The position numbers and the translations under genes were made by a program. Below the pieces are notes generated by a model that was not told where the DNA came from, did no database searches, and worked only from the letters and a program-made list of their open reading frames with translations. A stretch of 64,000 bases of DNA from Haliotis rufescens (Eukaryota), in NCBI RefSeq assembly GCF_023055435.1, contig NW_025964383.1, positions 20,646,001 through 20,710,000 of the forward strand, written 5' to 3'. Below, in pieces: positions 11,942 through 23,135 of this stretch. Within the stretch, counting starts at the first letter, position 1; each line of letters begins with the position of its first letter.

Positions 11942-12205
11942 GACCCGTGAAGATCCTGGGTAGAATAGGTCTTCAGCAACCCATGCTTACCGTAAAAGGC
12001 GACTATGCTTGTCGTAAGAGGCGACTACCGGGATCGGGTGGTCAGGATCGCTGACTTGGTTGATGCATGTCATTGTATCCCAATTGCGTGGATCGATGCT
12101 CATGATGTCAGTCTGTTCGAGTCTGGTTCAGACTCGATTTCTTTACAGACCGCCGTCATATAGCTGGAATATTGCTGAGTGCGGCGTTAAACAACAAACA
12201 AACAA
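11942..12205 (+). mobile_element. Family A element, full length (reference copy)
   Basis: GACCCGTGAAGATCC...AGAATAGGTCTTCAGCAACCCATG, duplicated 22-nt module, body, tail GGCGTTAAAC(AACA)n; no Pol III A/B boxes found. Confidence 0.92.
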
Positions 12206-12327
12206 GAAACATACAAACACATGGTAGAGAGTGGCAATGCATATACTGATTAAACAATTAACACAATATCGCAAAAAACAAAACAAAACAAAAATGAAAT
12301 AAAATGTACCATTTTCTCGTGCAAATC

Positions 12328-12485
12328 AGGTCCCCTGCTCTAAGTGAACTTAGCGCTCCCACTATCGTAAGCCAATGTTAACGGGAAGGAGTTAGATCTT
12401 CTTAGCGCTACGACTGTCGTAGGTCTATGTTAACTTTAGGAGTTACGATCGCCTTAGATCTAAGATTCCTTTGTGGAAAGGGCCT
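12328..12485. mobile_element. Decayed relative of the 1488-1593 palindromic MITE
   Basis: Shares CTTAGCGCT, ATCGTAAG, TTACGATC, CTAAGAT...CTTTGTGGAA...GGGCC. Confidence 0.6.
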
Positions 12486-13156
12486 AATATTCTATTTCCG
12501 GTAAGGGGAATTTTTTTAACGTGTCGAATATATGCTTTTAAATTTATTCTTGACTCATTCATTTAACAAATGAACATACAAAGCAAATATCACACACACC
12601 ATAACCCGATCATCCAAACAAATTGAAAACTTACAATACCAGTTAAACTTTTTCTAGTGTCTCTTTCAAACTTCAGCTTTACCGTTTTATCGACTTTTCA
12701 AGATGTGTTCTTTATACTGAAAGCAACTATCTTAAGAAAGTCCTTGAAAGTTTCTCGTTAGATGAGGGATTATTTCAGCTGTCGGTGATTAATCCTAATA
12801 TGTTTGCCTTCAAATTGTAAGCAATTATCATCTCGAAATCTATTTCAAAATCAATTTCGGTTCCATTTGAAACTTTATTTGGGGAAAGTGTGGCTGACAA
12901 ACACTCGGCCATTTCCATGTGTCAAAGTGAAACTCAACAGGATGTAAGAAAGTTTTGAGAAGAAGCATATCATATCAAATACTAATTCTACAGGCTGTAA
13001 TAACGATAATTCCTCCATGCCAATTATCCGGTCTCCCTAGCGCTAAATGTACGAGATGGATTTTAATAATGCCATAATTTCCGACAAAAAATACGAAATG
13101 GATATTTTTTCTCATAATTTTAAAGCAAGTGTAAACTGAAAGCAAAGGAAATGTCT

Positions 13157-13250
13157 AACCGGAAGTCCAGAGCCGCCATATTGAAAAATATGAATACCTT
13201 ATGACGTCATATGGTTATTAAATCATTTCAACCAATTTGCAATGCGCACT
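13157..13250. promoter_or_regulatory. Cluster of ETS, YY1, CRE and CCAAT motifs
   Basis: ACCGGAAGT, GCCGCCATATTG, ATGACGTCAT and CCAAT within about 90 bp; could also be DNA-transposon internal sequence. Confidence 0.35.
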
Positions 13251-15580
13251 GTCAATGCTTAGTATGTGTGAAAGCAAATCAGGGTTATTTGTAACAGGGG
13301 GTTCCATTTTGGAAGTCCAGATGTATTCATATTACTGAAAATGCACAGACGCTGATGTTGTGTGCGTGACTGAATGTCTGGTGCGCCGAGGAAGTATTCT
13401 CTTTAATATTGGTGTCATTACCGCTATTCATCAATACTAGTATCGTTTTATTTTGGTATAAAACACACTCCTGTCTGGAAAACATCCTAACCCTCACCAT
13501 TTGCTAAATATCCGCTCACTACCTCTCTCTTCAGTTCAAAAGAAAATAGCCCCTAACAAGACATTTCGGCTTTTTTCAATACCAACGGAAAATGGATTTT
13601 TGCCCAATCTTGGAGGAGTCTAAAAAAGATAAGAGGTTCGCACAAATCTACTCCAAATTCTTTAGACTTGCTTCCAAGTCCCTTTACTTCATTATGGGGT
13701 TAATTTGGGATATTTAGAAGGTCTGTATCGGGCGGCCTGCTCCGTAATTGTGCTCGTATAGTGATCGATAAAGAAGTTATCAATTACCGCTCGTGCAACA
13801 AGACATGAAATTGACTACCTTGTCACTTGCTCTGCACTTTCTGTCAATATTTAGAATCGAAATACAACCTCTCACGCGCGGCACGAGCTCACGTGGCCCA
13901 GCTCGTTTCATCCGCTGACCACTAGTCTCCATGAGAGTCCCTCTTTCCTCAACTGGATGGGCTCTCGGGGACACACACTCTTCTTATTCCTCCCCTTATC
14001 AAGAGAGCTCGTCACCTGAAAACCCTCTCATTTGCCGATAGTGTCCGCTTAGAAACATATAAAAAGGTCTTGTGACCGAGCAGGGATTTTCGTGAAAAGA
14101 ACTTTACTATCCATGACAAGGGGAGTTCGCGCTTGCATTGAATCTTGCAATTAATCGGATCCACGAGACATGGTCGATGGATGCAGCCCTTATCACGGAT
14201 TCCGTTTGGTCTAATGACCCTTTTCAGACTCTTAGAATCTCTCTGAATGTTCCATTTATAAGAATTCAATTTTTCCAATTAGTCGGTTCATATGAGTTTA
14301 TTGTGTGGGAGAAAAACAGTAATTACGTAGAATGCAATTTAAGGTGTTGAAGCTGTCGACCCTCCTCCACTTGCATTACCGTGTTTCCGCACAGTGGAAA
14401 TAGCTGCGTATCTCTAACGAAATTACACACGCGCGCACACAGACATAGACGTAAACGCCAAGAAGGGGGACCCCCTTTCTCCAGGGTCTCAGATCCACCA
14501 CCAGAAAATGGACGAGGAAAATGAGACAGTCACCCAGTAATGGAATCTTGCATCTCTCAAAGAATTGAATCAAATGTTTCTCAAGTTTGGCCATCTCTTG
14601 GCCACTCCGTGAAAGGAAACGGCTAACGCGATTTCGGGGAGACAGGGAACTGTTTGTAGGTTCCTTAAGTTAATTACCCCCGCGATCACAAATTGGACTC
14701 CTTTCGTGCATGAGCGAGCTTTTGTCGTGGGACACGTCATTAAAATACGTTGACTCCTATAATTAGCTATTCTTGTTCATTACGATTCCAAGCAGGATCC
14801 TGAAGAGGGTCAATTCTCACCAATTTCCCCATTCTTCCGTTTCGTTTCTCTACTAAGTTGATATTTTCTTCTGTGTGACGGGGCTGATGGAGGGTGTGTT
14901 ATATCCTCGTTTGATAAGAAATTGAGGAAGAATTGGTCAAATTGGTTGATTTCTGTTGGGTTGGCAAGGCGCTCCATGTTCAATGATCACGCATCCAAGT
15001 TTGTATTGCCTAACAGGCCCGGAAACCTCGAAAACGCATGAACAACCATCGAACACAAATTATTTCTCTACACAAGTGAGTTTGCAGACCATTTCGCTGT
15101 GAAATTGGACGTCCTGAGTTTGTTTGAACTCGAATTTTCCGCGGAACTACATAAATACCCGGGGAAAAACTGCGTTGAGGGCCTTCTCCTATAAACCACT
15201 TTGTTGTAAGAAAGTTTAAAAACTTTTAGACTTTTCTTAATAAGAATGTTTGTGAAAGGATAATTGCTACTTACTTGAAATACACGCGTGCAAAGAACAT
15301 TTCCTTGTATTTTACATGATTTCAACTTGAGTAATTGAAACATATATAGTTGGTATCACTGACTAATGAATTGCCATATTTGGAGAAGACGCGCGCTCAA
15401 TTAAAACTATTTTTGATCCACTAAACGTCCGAACCAGCTTCAGGCACGTTTTGGGTTTATTTACGCCGCATTAGAAAATGTTATTTTGTTTTTATGTTTT
15501 AAACAAATCAGTTTGATTTGTGTTAGTTTTCACACCTGCGTGCTAGTATCCTATCCTATCTTAATCCGCAGTCATTTGAA

Positions 15581-16032
15581 CGCTCTGGTCTAGTGGATAG
15601 TGGATGCTCGGAGAGTGGTGGTTCAATCCAAGGCCGCGTCATACAAAACATTTAAAATATTGTACTTGTTGTTTTCCTGCCTGGCGCTCGACATTAAGGG
15701 GCTAAAACAAGGACTGGTCGGCTGGGAGTATACTGTGTCTGAGTGGGGTATTCATGTAAAACTGCAGCATGGTAGATCAGTGGGCTAGCACATAAAGTCG
15801 GCATCAGTACGGACTGGTACAAGCAGCCACACACGCACACGTGCATGCGCGTCGCTATACAAGTGGGGGTATTCATGTTAAACTTCAGCATGGTATCTCA
15901 GTGGGCTAGCACTATAAAGTCAGCATCAGTACGGACTGGTACAAGCAGACACACACACACACGCACACACACACACACACACACGTGCATGCGCGTCGCT
16001 ATACAAGTGCAACGATCTTGAACGCGACGTTC
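15581..16032 (+). mobile_element. Family M (Meta/MESC-like) tRNA SINE with an internal tandem duplication
   Basis: A-box TGGTCTAGTGG, degenerate B-box, body CATTAAGGGGCTAAAACAAGGACTGGTCGGCT...GTGTCTGAGTGGGG; 15742-15861 repeated at 15862-16008. Confidence 0.8.
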
Positions 16033-16291
16033 AACCCCAGTTCACTTTACCTGAGTGCGACCATTTATAAAGTATAATTATATCTACATACATGCCAGTT
16101 AAATAACACATGAATCATGTGAGATGATGACTAATGCTGTGTATTTGCCAGTACAGAAGCACTTAATGTTTTTTCAGTGCATGTGCACCATCAGTTTACC
16201 AGTTGCACCGAGACGCCCTTCCGGTACGTCTGCACCAAGATAAAACGATAGGTGTTAATAAATCGATATCTCGTTAATCCTGTTATGTATC

Positions 16292-16345
16292 GTGAGTGAG
16301 TGAGTAGGTGTTTTTTAACGCCGCATCTTTCAGTATTCGCGGCCA
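16292..16345 (-). mobile_element. SINE 3' tail fragment
   Basis: (GTGA)n followed by TTTAACGCCGCA. Confidence 0.5.
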
Positions 16346-16553
16346 GTATTAATGTGCAAGATACAAGTTAATAATACATTCATGTTTAATAGATGGGCGT
16401 GGGAAACGAAAGAAAAATTTAAAAAATGTCTAAGAAGCTGAGGGTTTTTTTAAAAAAAGAAAGAATTTGAAGTCCCTTCTCCATATGATGTCGTGGATCA
16501 TGGATAAGATTATTGTCTCATGCTACATTTAATTAAAACTTTACATCACCGTC

Positions 16554-16790
16554 ACCGCGTGACAATCCGGATTAGTATTTAGCAACCCGTGCTTGTCGAA
16601 AAAGGCGACTTACGGGGTCGGATTGCTCGCTGACTTGGTTGATGCATGTCCTCGTATCCAAATTGCGTAGATCGATGTGCATGATGTCAATCACTGGGTT
16701 GTCTGGTTCGGATTCAATTATTTATAGATCGCCGTCATTTGGCTGGAATACTGCTGAGTGCGGCGTTAAACAACAAACAAACAAATAAAC
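16554..16790 (+). mobile_element. Family A element with a single hairpin module
   Basis: AACCCGTGCTTGTCGAAAAAGGCGACTTACGGGG, body, tail. Confidence 0.88.
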
Positions 16791-19710
16791 ATCACCGTAA
16801 ACAATGAAACACACGAATATATATCAACTGGAGCGATATACCACTGTTTCCGGCCGTTTTCTTTTACATTCGGAACACCAATAACAAGAATACAATGTAC
16901 TTCAAATTGTTTTGTTTCCATTTTGGAAACTTGTACAAATACTGGACTTTCCTTAATGTATTTAGTAAATAGACAGGGTAAGATATAATTGGTTACATCA
17001 CAATAACACTAAATATCCAAGTTTTGAGCTGTAAAAAGTATTTTGGACAGAAGTTGGATAATACATTTTGGGTTTCGGAAAAAAACCCGTTAATCTCTAC
17101 ATTATATGGGTTGTTTTTTACGGAGTGATCAAAACACAAATGGCTCAAATTTGTGGCACAGTGTGGCATATTTTCAAATTGTCGGAACGTTTCTCCATCG
17201 AAAACAACTCAATATATATCGGATGACCATGTTTACGATCGTGGTTTGAACTGTGACAATGCAAGACTTGGGAAAAACACGCAGATAAAATATATTTCAA
17301 TGGTTTTAGTTTGTTCTTTGTTGTATGTTATGTCAATTGACAATTGAAAGGTTTAAATAATATATTTATATCAATTCATCAAAGTTAACATTAAATGATA
17401 AAAGTTATTTTTATTAATTTGACAGGCACATCAGATACGGCAAATAACTAAGTATTTAATGACATGTCAATATAATAAATGGATATTTCAATATCTGGGC
17501 CTTTCTTTTGCTTGGAGGTTAAGAAAACATTTTTTACACATCTCACATAAAATCACATACCACCACTCCGCATGGCTCATCAAGGGGGATAACCGCAGTT
17601 GACTTGTTGCTGCCGTAGCGCCGCATGATGGGCGGCAGATGTGTGTCTGGTCAGTGGGAAGCTAGGGATTCGCTGGACGCTTACGCTGATTAAATACAAC
17701 CCCAATTATGATTGTATTAGTTTTTAAGCTATAATTAGCACATGTAGCCGGGTGTATCTAAAATCTCATAATCTGTTACCAATCCATCGAAACAGAAAAT
17801 GTAATGGCGTACTGATCTCCGCACCAAATCATTTAAAAAATGTGTCAGTTACAAAATAAAATATCAAAATTATTTAATTATTTAAATGAATAATAATAAT
17901 TCAGCATGACAGTTACAAAAAATGTTACAAATTAAATTATTACATTCGTAATACCGGAGTACGCCCTTGTCTATTTCTAGGTGTCCGACTGGTCTTGAGG
18001 GTTGACTTCGTATAGGTGTACTGTGCGATGAGAATACACTTGATAACTCACGTCAATTCAACAGCCGAGATCACATACACCACGATTAGGCAATAATCTC
18101 TCTCAGAATTCACCGTGTGTCTTTCAGGGACCTACACAGTGCGCGTCTTCCCAGCGCGTCCATCCGTACACGCTGATGCACAGCTGAACAGCAGTTTCTT
18201 GTGGAGTGTCAATACAGAGAAGCGTTGAAATACGTCCATGTCAGCGCGACAGTGATTTAAATCAGTGTATATGATTTGCTATTGGTTATATAATTATACA
18301 AATGTACTTCCCAATGAATTAAAACATTTATTAAACAAGATTTCTGTTAACACAGAAGTCAGTTCCACAAGATCACAGGTGCTATTTCCTGTTTTTCTAC
18401 CGTCACAAATGTACCAAGTATTTTGGCTCTTTTGTCTCCAAATATTTCAACGTCGATTGTTTGATCTGTGAACGTGTACAGTGACATAGATAACTAACAT
18501 TACCTATTCTTTCAGGCCCAGAGGAGCGTTTGTCAGAGTGGGGCAAAAATATACATATTTGAAGCTTGGTGCGGCTCCCCAAGAAGCAAGTCAAAAGACA
18601 AAACTAAACAGCACAATATTAAATCTAAACATACCTATATATAATTATTTTGATTTTAAATTTCGGTCTCGCAGCAAATACTCTGTATGTATGAAGATTT
18701 TGGCCAGTGGCCAATTTATACCCTAATATCCTTGAGGCAATCTGAAATTACAATCTTCTATTTACACAGAAAACATTTACATTATATGTGGCTGACACCA
18801 CCAGTCGAGCAATCAGGTTTATTTTCCAAACCACCAACGGTGGTATTTGAGTATATACAATATATACAAAATTTATAGCAAGATGGCAAATATATGCAAA
18901 ATGTTATATTTTCAATTTTACTTAAATCTTGTAAAATAAATCTGGCCAAATGTCTTAAGTCCAACGTTACAGAAGTTAAGTAATTTATACATTTTAAGCA
19001 GATGTGGCCAGAGGGTAAATATATTTGGAATTAAGTCTTTTTTGTGTGTGTTGGGGAAAAGATTCACATCCAAAGAGATTATGAAACTCGTCCCCGGCTG
19101 CAGTAGAATTACATCACTGGCTATGTTCTTCTCTAAGTACACCGTGCCATCGGCCAGTCTGAATTAATGGGTAAGTTATGATGATGATGATGATAATAAT
19201 AATTAACATCCGCATACTTACCCTTTGATTTAACGTTTATTTATCTGCATAAATACACTCCGTATGTTGAGTTAATATTAATCCATACCCGAGGAAGTTA
19301 AATATTATCTCGCAATATTAACGAATGCCTACCTAGTTTTGCTGCGTTAGTGGCCAGCCTCCATGAAACAAGAGGATCTTTTGTCATGTAATAAACTGCC
19401 GGGGACAAACGGTATACACCTGTGTTCGATTGTGGCTAAAATAAAATAAACAAGAAATGGATATTCGGTGGCAATGTAGTTGATGCGGGGATTATATTTG
19501 TGTTGTGTTACGGCGATCTGTTATCAGTTTATATTGTCCTAAATATTACCGTTATATCATGTTATATACATGCAGGCAATAATACATGTATATCTCTTTC
19601 GTATTTACTATTTACAACATCATTTGGAGAAACACATGATGGATTTTGAAGACATTCCTAGAGCGTATATCAAATGCAGCAACTGAAAAAATATGTTCTA
19701 CACCGTGAAT

Positions 19711-19890
19711 GATGAAATACCCCCGTTAATCCGGACCCCACCGTTTCCAGTGAAATCGTCCGGTAAACAAATATCCGGATTATGGGGTTTGCAGTAAAGA
19801 GTTGTATAGCTTGTAATATTTATTATATATTCCTAACAGTAATGTTCCGTAAAGCGGGATGTACGGGTTAACGAGGTCCTGGTTTCACTG
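19711..19890. mobile_element. Decayed pogo-like MITE
   Basis: CCCCGTTAATCCGG ... GGGTTAACGAGG...TTTCACTG with internal TCCGG repeats. Confidence 0.4.
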
Positions 19891-20454
19891 TTACCACAAA
19901 CCGCATGTCCTGTACTTACATGTAAATATAATATTATTTATTATTATCGGCAAGACCACCGACTTTCGCTCTCTAGCTAAAATATAGCACTGAAAAAATA
20001 TAACATCTGTCTGGAGTAAAATTTAAAAAAAACACATTTATATGGGGAATTTTTAATTATTTCACATTGTGATCCGAGCAACGTATCTTAACGTCGATTT
20101 AACGGGATTTAATTCTTAACGATTTTAAAGTGTTACATGACAGACATTTCTTTCTCTTTTAACTGAATTGAGAATGAAGGAATTACATTTTTTCTCTTCC
20201 ATCTTTTATCGACTCTAAATTCATCGTATGACAGATCTGTTAGCATCAATAGCGCATTGGATAACCTTGAATGCTTCCTTTTCTTCACCGCTAAAAGGCC
20301 TATTTGAGATAGAAAAACTCATGGAGTAAAAGAATGGACGTGGCTTATATTCTGTGATGGTATAAAATTTCACAAGCGTTTTGAAGCGTTCACCTACACA
20401 TTGTACTTTCAAAACCACGCTTAGTTGCATGCGAAAACAAAGTGAAATGTGATT

Positions 20455-20491
20455 TTGATGAGGTAAATATGACGTTGCTGTATAAACTGTA

Positions 20492-20566
<75 letters not shown>

Positions 20567-20668
20567 TACTGAGATACCATGCCGCATACAACATGAATAC
20601 GCCACTGGTACAGGAGCAACACACAAGGCAGGGTAACAACAAGTATAATCTTTTAACGTCTCCCCCCT

Positions 20669-20699
<31 letters not shown>

Positions 20700-20735
20700 G
20701 CAGACGCTCTCCCTACTAGACCAAGGAGGCGGTCT
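20455..20735 (-). mobile_element. Decayed family M copy containing expanded (GT)n(GA)n and poly-C tracts
   Basis: CTGAGATACCATGCCGCA...CATGAATAC, CAGGGTAACAACAAGT and CTAGACCAAGGAGGCGGTC match the 42277-42630 copy. Confidence 0.7.
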
Positions 20736-21532
20736 CGTAACAAGGAATACACGTATATTTTACATATCTGTACTCTTTAATTTTATTAGAAAAAAATGGA
20801 ACCATGTATTGCACAGAAATAGCCAGCCACCTAACTAAACTCTTCTTGTGTCACATCGTGTTACCATCACCATCATTTCAGAATATTCACATACAGTACA
20901 GTCCTAGACAATTTCTGCTTGTCAAGTGTGACTGTTGTCGAACCAGTCTTTAGTCACAGTTCGTCACTGTGTAACCTGAGGAGAAATATGATATTTATTT
21001 TATGACCTGTGCGAAGATATCTGACGTCATACACTTTCTAAAAAAATAATCTAACCCCTCTTTTGCTGTTTTTTTTTTTACACATGCCTCGCATTGTAGA
21101 ATAAATAATGAGGCCCCCATTTCTTGCGAACAAGTGTCCAAGGAATACATTTAATTATTTTTATGTATTGAAAAGAGATAAAAATGGAGCGCCTGTTTAT
21201 ATTCGAGAAAAATATTCAGCATCTCAACAAAACAAAAAAATGCTCAATCCCGTCCCCTCCCCTGAAAATCAAATGGTTTCTTCCAAAGAGACAATCAGAC
21301 CGACAGAGAAACAAACAAAACGATTGAGAGACAAAGAATCCCATACGGAAGAACAGCTGGGACGTACAAACCAAGTTGTCATGACAATTGCATAATATTC
21401 TTACAGAAAAATGGAGATCGAAATTTGTCATGAACCTCCCCAAAATTGCTCGTGTTTGACGACCGCCCCAATTTGTCACAGTTTATGTGAGTCTACTCAA
21501 CTATCCTCCTACCACCCCTTGACACAACTGGA

Positions 21533-21638
21533 GCGATTCCCTACATGGCTATATATGAGAATCCCATATCTGGTATACCTGTCCATGATATTGTTTGAAT
21601 ATTACTAACAGCGGCATAAAACTATACTCACTCGCTCA
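21533..21638 (+). mobile_element. Decayed family D copy
   Basis: CGATTCCCTACATGG...CCCATATCTGGT...TGATATTG...GCGGCATAAAACTATACTCACTC. Confidence 0.6.
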
Positions 21639-22740
21639 CAAAACATAACCTATGTACCAATCCCCGTTGCCACGTTTCAACCCTCACACGCCAGATATAA
21701 CACTCAATGGTGGATGCCACGACACGCAACAGATCAATACTGAAATGTCAAGTGAAATCTTTCTTGATCTATTTAAAAACAAATTTCGTTCCCTGAAAGT
21801 ATCAATTCGCGAGGAAGCGCCTTGTGTATAAGAAGGCACGACCCCCGGATTTGTAGCCATTTAATCCAAGGGATGTAACCCATCCTTTTGAGGCGCAGGT
21901 ACACATTTCTGATTTTCAATCCTATCTAGCATTGATTCCTCATCTCGGAAGTACCTAAACAGCTGGAAACCTTCAAATGATAGAATAAAATATCAAATGT
22001 TTCAGCAACAGCTGACGCTATTTCAAAGACACGACCTTGACGCGCTTAATGTCTGACGCGATAACGCACACAATGCCACAATAAGTGTAATTCTGATTAC
22101 GCCAATGACAAAATGTCATCACAGATCAAATTAAACCGATTGTCATAATTCATAACGCATTAATAACTATACCAAACAGGTGATACAGCAATGGTTATTC
22201 AGAACCAAGGGCGGTGGATGACCTGTAGTGGACATTATGAGACCTATGGAAGCAACAGACTGTTCCCATCACGCTGAATCTGGCGTAGACTATTCCCGAA
22301 CAGGTGTAAGAGCGCCGGTGATGGAATATTGCCGGTGCATGAACAATACCTATTAGCTGCATCGAGCACCTGCTGGTAAACTGCTCATTATGATAATGCA
22401 TCTGTTTAAGAGGGGACCGGGTACAATGCATCACATCGTGTCTTTTCATACTTTTATTGGTCATTTTATCTGCTTTACTTAACCAGTGTGTTGTACGACT
22501 GATTGACAAAATGGGTCCGCGTTGTATGATTGCCAACTAGCCCCGGGAAGTCCCAGCAGGGAACTTACGACTATTATGTTGAGCTGATAACTGAAACGAC
22601 TCTCAGAGTTTGTTAATTCTGCGCGTATCTGAATGTGACAAGAAAAGATGACAGAACTTGTTGGGTGAATAAAAGGACAACAAAACTGTTTCTGCCCTTT
22701 CTGTGTTCCCCGTGCTTCCGCATGTGTACCCCGCGGTGAC

Positions 22741-23135
22741 CATTGTTCATCCATTGTGTTCCTTGTTCCTTAGGCCATTGTCAAGAACACCCAACCAAAG
22801 CCACGAGTGGTGAAAGCAACACAATGACACGGCTACAAGTTTGCGAATGCCTTTCAGAAAAGCTATTTTGTGTAAGCTGTGGCCATTACCAGCGGACAAT
22901 GGCTGTTTGAAAAGGTGTTGCGAGGGTGTTAAAATCTATGATAATTTCATTTCCCCAATGAATGGACCATTTTCCAAATAATTGTACCGTATTGTCGAGA
23001 AGGGACAATGCTGAAAGTGTGCTTATACTCTTGATCACAAACTTGTCCCATTGTCGTCTTTGTTGCTTCTGTTAATCTACTGCCTTTAACCAGGGTTTCA
23101 AAACTTTGTGCGGTTTGATATTTAGCTCGACAATG
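22741..23135. promoter_or_regulatory. Homotypic cluster of Sox/HMG-type sites (candidate enhancer)
   Basis: Eight CATTGT/ACAATG hexamers (22741, 22752, 22776, 22821, 22896, 23005, 23049, 23130) in unique sequence. Confidence 0.45.

Noticed and set aside
11942-12035. Family A head as an HDV-like ribozyme or Deu/Nin domain
   Set aside because: Helix order P1-P2-P3-P1.1-P4 could not be built on either strand, and the Deu-type GGATGAGACG...AACCGAGG core is absent.
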